NCBI GenBank assembly: GCA_965250285.1
Contig: OZ252299.1
Span: forward strand, 5,216,001-5,280,000
DNA length: 64,000 nt
Direction of reading: 5' to 3'
Origin: Myxococcota bacterium
GTDB taxonomy: Bacteria > Myxococcota_A > UBA9160 > UBA4427
Below the pieces are notes generated by a model, which saw nothing but the letters and a program-made list of their open reading frames with translations, was not told the DNA's origin and did not search any database. Each line of letters begins with the position of its first letter. Within the stretch, counting starts at the first letter, position 1. A program made the translations under genes and the position numbers. Positions 57,379-64,000 of this stretch are shown piece after piece.

Positions 57379-58626
57379 TCAGGACTCCGCTTGGGTCGCC
57401 GCCGCCTTGTAGATCCCTCGCGCCATCAGGCTCGTCGCCGCCTTCGCGCGGGCTCGGTAGAGCGCGGCGCGGGCCTCTCGCACGCGCACCTCGTCGGGGG
57501 CGGCGTGCCATGCCAGCTCGACGAGCTCGCAGGCGACGTCGAGATCGCCGTCCGCGGCCGCTGCCTCGGCCGCTGCGGCGAGCGCACCTGCACCACCGGC
57601 GAGATCGGCCACGGCGCGGCCGAGCTTTGCGGTCTGCGGTGGAACGAGGTGCGCAGGATTGCCGTCGTACCAGCCGCCGTAGAGCCGCCAGAGGTTGCGG
57701 ACGATGAAGAGCGGGTGGTCGTACACCGGTCGCAGGTAGGGCCGCTCGAGTAGCGCATGCGGGATGTCGATGCCGTGGAGCACGTCGTCGAGGGTCGCGC
57801 CGTCGTTCATCATCGCGAGCGTCTGCTCGCAGATTGACTCGAGCAGCTCGGCTGACTCATCGAGGGCCTGCTTCACTCGGTCGGCGCCGATGATCGGCGG
57901 CCCGTGCCCGGGGAAGAGCGTCTCGGCGCCGAGCATCGACATCTTGCGCAACGCCGCGGCCCACTCGCGCGGGTAGCGCTGCACCTTCTGCGGGTTGCCG
58001 CAGTTGGGCGAGGCCCAGATGAAGAGGTCTCCGGTGTAGATCGCCTTGCGTTCGGGCACCCAGGCCCAGACATGGTCGTCGGTTTCGCCGCGGTCGTGTC
58101 GCAGCTCGATGCGCTCGTCCCCGATCTCGAGCACGAGGTCATCGCGCAGCGTCTCGTCGGGATACGTGAACTCGCCCGGAAACACCGGCTTCGGAAACCC
58201 GAACTGCCGCATGTTGATGTGGCCGTTGTAGCCCTGGGTCAGCTTGTAGCGGTCGAAGCGGGCCGGGCAGGCCTCGTGCGCGATGATGTGGGGCGCCGGC
58301 TCCCCCTTCTCGGCGGCTTCTTCGGCGAAGCGCTTCAGGCCAAAGACGTGGTCGACATGGCCGTGGGTATAGACGCCCGTGTGGACGCGGGCCTGGCTCC
58401 AGGATCGTACGTCGTCGTACATCTGATTGGCGTGAAAGAGGCTGCTCGTATCGATGAATACGAGGCCCTCGCCGCTGTCGAGCACCAGCGCGTTCGAGAA
58501 CGCCGACATGAAGCCGAGGCCATCGTCGAAGGGCTCGAAGGCCACGAGCGCGTTGCCCGGATGGACCTGGGTGTCGGCGAGGGTTCCGTTCCACGCCTGC
58601 TCCGCTAGCTGGGTCACCTCACCCAT
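57379..58626 (-). CDS. Metallo-beta-lactamase-fold alkyl sulfatase-like protein
   Basis: 'THGHVDH', 'GETDDH', 'PGHG', 'YGGWYDGNPAHL'. Confidence 0.85.
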   Translation of the reverse strand: MGEVTQLAEQAWNGTLADTQVHPGNALVAFEPFDDGLGFMSAFSNALVLDSGEGLVFIDTSSLFHANQMYDDVRSWSQARVHTGVYTHGHVDHVFGLKRFAEEAAEKGEPAPHIIAHEACPARFDRYKLTQGYNGHINMRQFGFPKPVFPGEFTYPDETLRDDLVLEIGDERIELRHDRGETDDHVWAWVPERKAIYTGDLFIWASPNCGNPQKVQRYPREWAAALRKMSMLGAETLFPGHGPPIIGADRVKQALDESAELLESICEQTLAMMNDGATLDDVLHGIDIPHALLERPYLRPVYDHPLFIVRNLWRLYGGWYDGNPAHLVPPQTAKLGRAVADLAGGAGALAAAAEAAAADGDLDVACELVELAWHAAPDEVRVREARAALYRARAKAATSLMARGIYKAAATQAES

Positions 58627-58894
58627 GCCGTGCCTCCTCGTCGTGCGTCGGGTCTGCCTTCGGGTTGCGCACGCACCCGAACGGCGAGCATAGCCGCTCG
58701 ATCGAGCGGGGGCGGATTCATGCCGACCGGGCCCGGCCTTGGGGCGCGATCTGCGCATGGGTTGCGACGCCGGCGCCGGTTCGGCGTCACGCAGATGCGT
58801 AGGGTATCCGTACAGCACGCTCTCGATTCGGCCGATACGTCATGTAGATCACACTCCTCGAGCGCGGCGGCTCGAGCCTGCAGGAGCAAAGACC

Positions 58895-59458
58895 GTGACG
58901 AGGGCCGGGCAATGGGATCGGAGAGGCGGGTTCACGCTCGTCGAGCTGATGATCGTCGTGGCGATCATCGGCATCCTCGCGTCGACCGCCCTGCCGTCGT
59001 TCATGCGCTTCCAGCTGCGCGCCAAGGCTTCGGAGGCGAAGACGAACCTGCAGGCGATTCGGCACGCCCAGATGGCCTACATGAGCGAAGCCGGCTCTTT
59101 CTCGCCGGCGTCGGCCTCGCCGGCTGCGCCGAGTGGCTCGATCCCGACCGACTTCGTCGACACCGGGCCGCCGGCTGCGAACTTCGAGACCATCGGTTGG
59201 CAACCCGAGGGTCGCGTCTACTTCTCGTACGCCATCACCGTCGACCCCGGGCGCACGCAGTTCACCGCCGACGCGGCGGGCGATCTCGACAACGACACGC
59301 TTCCGCAGGTGTGGGGCGTCGTGCACCCCGACACGCTGGGGGGCTCGGTTGTCGGGTTCCATGGCTGCGCGGGTGTGCTCAACCCCGGCACCGGCGTCGC
59401 CGATCGCCACTCGACCGTGGGGCCCTGCGGCCTCCAGGACGGACAGAGCATCTTCTGA
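58895..59458 (+). CDS. Type IV pilin (PilA-like)
   Basis: Prepilin cleavage motif 'G|FTLVELMIVVAIIGIL', 'SEAKTNL', C-terminal Cys pair. Confidence 0.88.
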   Translation: MTRAGQWDRRGGFTLVELMIVVAIIGILASTALPSFMRFQLRAKASEAKTNLQAIRHAQMAYMSEAGSFSPASASPAAPSGSIPTDFVDTGPPAANFETIGWQPEGRVYFSYAITVDPGRTQFTADAAGDLDNDTLPQVWGVVHPDTLGGSVVGFHGCAGVLNPGTGVADRHSTVGPCGLQDGQSIF

Positions 59459-59533
59459 CGCGGCCGGCGCCGCTCACGCGCCTCTCCGACGCCGCCACCG
59501 CCAGCCGCGATCTCATGGGATAGCCTCTGGCTC

Positions 59534-60136
59534 GTGGATCCGATCGACGCCATCGACCAGTCCCTCGACGAGGCGGCTCGCGCGCTCGCTGCGCTGCGGA
59601 GCGACGCCGTGGCGCGCGCTGCGATCGGTCGGTTCGTCGAGCGTGCACATGCGACGCTCGCGTCGGGGCACCGGATCTTCAGCTGCGGCAACGGCGGCAG
59701 CATGTGCGATGCCATGCACTTCGCCCAGGAGTGGACGGGCCGGTTCAGAGCCGACCGATCACCCTGGCCGGCGATGGCCTTCTCGGACGCCGGCCTGCTA
59801 ACGGGCGTCGCGAACGACTACGGCTACGAAGAGGTCTTCGCCCGGGCGATCGAGGGCCACGCGCGCGCAGGCGATCTGCTGCTCGTTCTGTCGACCAGCG
59901 GCGACTCGCAGAATCTGGTTCGGGCCGTCGAGCGCGCGCGTCAGCTCGGCATCGAGTCGGTCGCTCTGCTCGGCCGGGGCGGTGGCAAGCTCGCCGGTCT
60001 CGCCGATCTGTCGATCGTGGTGCCCGAAGCGCGCACGGCCGACCGGGTGCAGGAAGTGCACATCAAGGTGCTGCATGCGGTGATCGAGGCCGTGGAGCGG
60101 CGGCTGGCGGCTGAGGTGGACGCGGCAGGGGCGTAG
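59534..60136 (+). CDS. gmhA: Phosphoheptose isomerase (SIS domain)
   Basis: 'CGNGGS', 'ANDYGY', 'STSGDS', 'QEVHI'. Confidence 0.93.
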   Translation: MDPIDAIDQSLDEAARALAALRSDAVARAAIGRFVERAHATLASGHRIFSCGNGGSMCDAMHFAQEWTGRFRADRSPWPAMAFSDAGLLTGVANDYGYEEVFARAIEGHARAGDLLLVLSTSGDSQNLVRAVERARQLGIESVALLGRGGGKLAGLADLSIVVPEARTADRVQEVHIKVLHAVIEAVERRLAAEVDAAGA

Positions 60137-60149
60137 TGGGGTGCTCGGG

Positions 60150-60282
60150 TTCGCATTCTGGGGGCGGCGTCCTCAGACTGCGTCGGGCCGGCTTTGCGGT
60201 GTTGGGGCGTCTCCGCTCCGTGCGATGGGTCCTGCCTGGAATGGCCCGACTTCGATTGCGGGCGCCGCCCCCAGAATGCGAA
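60150..60282 (+). repeat. Dispersed hairpin element copy R8 (subfamily A)
   Basis: Arms identical to R5, different loop. Confidence 0.92.
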
Positions 60283-60363
60283 GGCGGGCGGACCGGCTCG
60301 CGGCCGCGATCGTGCCCCTGTCACAGTGCCCCGGACGATGCGCACGGGCGTGAGTCTGTCCGA

Positions 60364-61068
60364 CTACTCGGAGAGAGGGGGAGGGGGGGTGTTCGTCGCT
60401 CTTCGGCTTCGCGCTCTTCGGATCGCCCAGGTGCGGTAGCCGATGAAGAGGGCGACCGAGGCTGCGGCGAGGGCGAGCCAGGCTTCGGGGGGGACGTCGC
60501 CGGCGGCTTCGAGTCCTTCGACGGCGGCGGCGCCGATGGCGATCTGGATCATGGTCGTGATCGCGAGCATCACGATGCTCACGCCGAGGTAGAGGATCGG
60601 GGAGACGTTCGACATCGCGATGAAGACGTCGACGAGCGGGTTCGCCCAGAGCAACGCACGCAGGATCAGAAGCGTCGTCAGGGGCCGCCGCTCCATCCGC
60701 GCTTCGAAGCGGCGGATCCGCGGCGGCACGCGCTCCTGCACGGCGTCGTGACCGAACACCCACGCGAGCGCGTAGGCGAGGAAGCTGCCGCCGAGCGTGA
60801 TCACCAACCCGAACGCATAGGCCAAAGGCAGGTTGAAGAGGCTGGGCGCTGCCCAGACCGCCGGGCCGTTCAGGAACACGAAGTGGGCGAGGGTGCCGGC
60901 GGTCAGGTAGGCGAGGGGCTTCAGCTCACCCGAGTTCTCGATCATCTCGACGAATCGATCGGGCTCTGCGAAGAGGGCTCCCAGATCGAGCGCGAAGTAG
61001 AGAACCGCCCCCGCGACGTTGAGGGCGACGAAGAGCACGATGATTTGCCAGCGGCCGCCCTTCGGCAT
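60364..61068 (-). CDS. DedA/VTT (TVP38/TMEM64-like) membrane protein
   Basis: 'GGSFLAYALAWVFG', 'LLILRAL...P' DedA pattern. Confidence 0.75.
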   Translation of the reverse strand: MPKGGRWQIIVLFVALNVAGAVLYFALDLGALFAEPDRFVEMIENSGELKPLAYLTAGTLAHFVFLNGPAVWAAPSLFNLPLAYAFGLVITLGGSFLAYALAWVFGHDAVQERVPPRIRRFEARMERRPLTTLLILRALLWANPLVDVFIAMSNVSPILYLGVSIVMLAITTMIQIAIGAAAVEGLEAAGDVPPEAWLALAAASVALFIGYRTWAIRRARSRRATNTPPPPLSE

Positions 61069-61113
61069 GGGAGCAGGATAGACACCGGTCGCGGGTGGCG
61101 CGAGGCGTGGCCC

Positions 61114-61887
61114 TCAGAGGTGGCGCCAGTAGCGTTCGGGCGCGTTCAGAAACTCGCGCGTGAAGCGGACGTGCTCGAGCTCGTCGAACTCGGCCTCGCG
61201 AATGCCCTCTTCGTCGAAGAGCCAGTGCGCCGCGTCGGGGTACGAGAGCAGGATCGGCGAGTGGGTCGCGATGACGAACTGACATCGCTCCTCCTCGACC
61301 GCCTGACGCACGATCGAGAGGAACGCGAGCTGCCGCTTCGGCGATAGCGCGGCTTCGGGCTCGTCGAGCAGATAGAAGCCGTCGGGTACGATGCGCGACT
61401 TGAACAGCTCGAGGAAGCTCTCGCCGTGGGATCGGGCGTCGAGATCGCCGCCGTAGCGGTCCTCGATCGCCCTTTTCTGTCCGAGCATGTAGCCCCGCAC
61501 CCGAGCATCGTCCTTGAATCGTTCGGCATACTGCGCGAGCTCGTCCGACGTCTCGCGGTTGCGCTTGCTGAAATTGAAGAAGTCTTCGGCTCGCAGGAAG
61601 AAGCCGCGGGCGGTCTGCTTGCTCCACCCGAGTCGAAGCCGCCGCGCCAGGGGCTGCAGCACGGCGAGCGTCGGGTCGGAGGCCGCGTCGGCGGCACCGA
61701 CGGTGATGCGTCTCGACCCGATCGCGAGCGATTCCATCAGCGTCGACTTGCCGCTGCCGTTCTCGCCGACGAAGAAGAGCACGGGTGCATCGATCGTGCG
61801 CTCGCCCAGGCGCGCGACCGCAGGGACGTCGAAGGGCCAGCCCGATTCGTCGCCGGCGCGAAGCGAGATCGTGCGCAGATGCAGCAT
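61114..61887 (-). CDS. Predicted ABC/AAA ATPase (COG3910-like)
   Basis: 'GENGSGKST', 'SHGESF', 'LLDEPEAALSP', 'IATHSP'. Confidence 0.88.
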   Translation of the reverse strand: MLHLRTISLRAGDESGWPFDVPAVARLGERTIDAPVLFFVGENGSGKSTLMESLAIGSRRITVGAADAASDPTLAVLQPLARRLRLGWSKQTARGFFLRAEDFFNFSKRNRETSDELAQYAERFKDDARVRGYMLGQKRAIEDRYGGDLDARSHGESFLELFKSRIVPDGFYLLDEPEAALSPKRQLAFLSIVRQAVEEERCQFVIATHSPILLSYPDAAHWLFDEEGIREAEFDELEHVRFTREFLNAPERYWRHL

Positions 61888-61975
61888 CCGTCTCTCCTCC
61901 TCGTCTCCTCGCTCGAGGGGCCGCAGACGATCTGGACACGCGTTCGAGCCCGTCGGCTAGAATCGGCCCGCCCCC

Positions 61976-62806
61976 ATGATATCGACCGATCCCAGCTTCG
62001 AAGCGATCCATCTCGTCGACGGCATCGCCGCCGGTGACCCCGTGCTCGACACGGCCGTGTCGCACGCCCTGCTTCGCCGAGTGGCCAAGCGGGGCGACGG
62101 CGAAGCGCTTCGGCTCTACGCGCCCGAAGACGCGGTGCTGTTCTCGCTGCTCGATGCGCGTCGCCCCGGCTTCGGCCGGGCCGTCGAGATCGCGCGCTCG
62201 AAGGGTTTCGGGGCGGTGCTGCGGCTGGCCGGCGGCCACGCCGCGGTCTTCACGACCCGCACCCTCGCTTTCTCGTGGGCGCGACCGGCCGAAGACGCGA
62301 GGCGCACGACGCGGCAGCGCTTCGACGAGATGGTCGCGATCACCCTCGAGGCCCTCGGTGATCTCGGCGTCGACGCGCGCGCCGGCGAGGTGCCCGGTGA
62401 GTACTGCCCCGGCGAGCACAGCGTGAACGCGGGCGGTCGGACCAAGCTGATGGGCGTCGGGCAACGCGTGATCCGGGGCGGCGCGCACGTCGGAGGGGTG
62501 GTCGTCGTCGACGACACCGAGCGGATCCGCGACGTGCTCGTGCCGGTCTACGAGGCGCTCGAGCTCGAATGGGCCCCTCATACGGTGGGCAGCGTTGCCG
62601 ACGAGGTCGGTCTCGTGACGTTCGACGAGGTGCGCCGCGCGTTCGTCGACGCGTTCGCGCGGCGTCGCCAGGTCGGCAAAGGGGAGGTCGATCGCGCCCT
62701 GATCGAAGAAGCCGAGTCGTATCGCCGCTTTCACGACCCCGCTTCGTCGCCACGAGGGGCTCGGATCGACACCGGCACCCCGAAGCTGATCGACGGCGAA
62801 CCGTAG
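61976..62806 (+). CDS. Lipoate-protein ligase family protein (LipL-like amidotransferase)
   Basis: 'RLAGGHA', 'GEYCPG', 'KLMGVGQR'. Confidence 0.8.
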   Translation: MISTDPSFEAIHLVDGIAAGDPVLDTAVSHALLRRVAKRGDGEALRLYAPEDAVLFSLLDARRPGFGRAVEIARSKGFGAVLRLAGGHAAVFTTRTLAFSWARPAEDARRTTRQRFDEMVAITLEALGDLGVDARAGEVPGEYCPGEHSVNAGGRTKLMGVGQRVIRGGAHVGGVVVVDDTERIRDVLVPVYEALELEWAPHTVGSVADEVGLVTFDEVRRAFVDAFARRRQVGKGEVDRALIEEAESYRRFHDPASSPRGARIDTGTPKLIDGEP

Positions 62807-62933
62807 GCCGCGCGCCCCGAGAGAATCGACGCCGCGCCCTGGGGATGCGCTGCAGAACTCGCTCCCCGCATGCGAGCGCTGCGCTGTAGCGGAAGCGTCC
62901 CGGCCCTGGCACGCCGGACTGGGCAGATGGTCC

Positions 62934-63929
62934 CTAGCGCGCGCGCCCTTCCCCGAAGACCTCGGGGTTTGCGACGAAGCGCGGTCGGCGGCCTTCGAGG
63001 AAGGCCTCGACATCGTCGGCGATCATCTTCGAGTGGTTCGTCTCGGTGTCGTACGTGGCGCCCCCGATGTGCGGCGTCAGCACCGTGTTCGGCATCGACA
63101 GCAGGGGGTGACCTTCGGGTAGACGCTCCCCTTCGAAGTGATCGAGTCCGGCGCCGCCCAGGTGCCCCGAGGCGAGCGCGTCGGTGAGGGCGTCGAGGTC
63201 GTGCAGGCCTGCTCGGGCCGAGTTCACGTAGATCGCGCCGGGCTTCATCGCGGCGAACTGCGGGGCGCCCAGCATGCCGAGCGTCTCGGGCGTCGGCGCT
63301 GCGTGTACGCTCACGACGTCGGCCTCGGCGACGAGCGCATCGAGCGAGTGCGTGGCGTCGTCGTTGTAGGGGTCGAAGGCGATCACCTTCATGCCGAGTC
63401 CCTCGAGGCGCCACTTCACGGCGCGGCCGACGGCGCCGAGACCGACGAGGCCCGCGGTGCGTCCGGCCATCTCCCACCCCCGAAAGCGCTGATAGGCGAC
63501 CTGGCCCTCCTTCACGACGTCGCCGGCCCGCAGATCGCCATCGGCAGGGATCAGGTGTCGCGAGACGGCGAAGATCAAGGCGACTGTCATCTCGGCGACG
63601 CCATCCGCGTTGCGACCCGGGGTGTGGAGGACCGGGATGCCCTTCGCCGTCGCGCTCTTCAAGTCGACGTTCGTGGGTGCACCGCGCGTCGAACCGATCA
63701 ACACGAGGGGACGCTCGAGCACCGCGCCGATACAGATGTCGCCCTCGGCGATCACGATCGTCGCGCGCGTCTCGTCGATGCGCTCGGCGAGCTGATCGGG
63801 CCCGTGGATGCGAAGGGGTTGGGTGTCGATCCACGGGTCGTAGACGACCTCGCCGAGTCGCTCGAGCTTCTCGAGCCCGGGCCCGCGGAAGGGCGCCGTG
63901 ACGAGGATCGTGGGCCGCTCCTGGGTCAT
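62934..63929 (-). CDS. D-isomer 2-hydroxyacid dehydrogenase (phosphoglycerate dehydrogenase-like)
   Basis: 'GLVGLGAVG', 'NSARA', 'TPHIGG'. Confidence 0.9.
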   Translation of the reverse strand: MTQERPTILVTAPFRGPGLEKLERLGEVVYDPWIDTQPLRIHGPDQLAERIDETRATIVIAEGDICIGAVLERPLVLIGSTRGAPTNVDLKSATAKGIPVLHTPGRNADGVAEMTVALIFAVSRHLIPADGDLRAGDVVKEGQVAYQRFRGWEMAGRTAGLVGLGAVGRAVKWRLEGLGMKVIAFDPYNDDATHSLDALVAEADVVSVHAAPTPETLGMLGAPQFAAMKPGAIYVNSARAGLHDLDALTDALASGHLGGAGLDHFEGERLPEGHPLLSMPNTVLTPHIGGATYDTETNHSKMIADDVEAFLEGRRPRFVANPEVFGEGRAR

Positions 63930-63935
63930 GGCGGA

Positions 63936-64000
63936 TCAGCGACCGAGACCGCCGCGCAGCAGCGGCAGCGCGCGCGATGTCCCCATGGTGATGAGCAGCG
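63936..64000 (-). CDS. 3' end of a CDS truncated by the window edge
   Basis: Open frame ...LLITMGTSRALPLLRGGLGR* ending 6 nt before the next start codon. Confidence 0.45.
   Translation of the reverse strand, partial: LLITMGTSRALPLLRGGLGR

Overview
High-GC bacterial chromosome segment with about 50 tightly packed CDSs; the gene content suggests a Myxococcota/deltaproteobacteria-like lineage (inference only). No rRNA, tRNA, CRISPR array, transposase or integrase is evident. Main modules: (1) an outer-membrane barrel and an orphan secretin carrying a C-terminal SPOR-like domain; (2) a divergent extracytoplasmic redox locus, DsbD-TlpA-DUF4266-DUF3570-ApbE on the minus strand facing two CxxCH proteins and a Tat-exported protein on the plus strand, with a near-consensus CRP-type box between them; (3) an LpoB-like lipoprotein pair, acyl-CoA enzymes and a hydantoinase/oxoprolinase A/B pair; (4) mobA plus an NAD-linked formate dehydrogenase; (5) a TatT-containing TRAP transporter; (6) argS, ppk1, PadR-MFS, a pilin and gmhA. 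The strongest non-coding signal is a family of about 10 dispersed 125-165 bp hairpin elements. Their stems co-vary, their internal-loop motifs (CGTCCTCAGA / TTGCGGGCG) are conserved, they are oriented with the upstream transcript, and they carry a strand-specific G/T-rich halo that extends into synonymous codon positions of neighbouring genes. Family names come from motif recognition, not database searches, and several start codons are my choice among in-frame alternatives.
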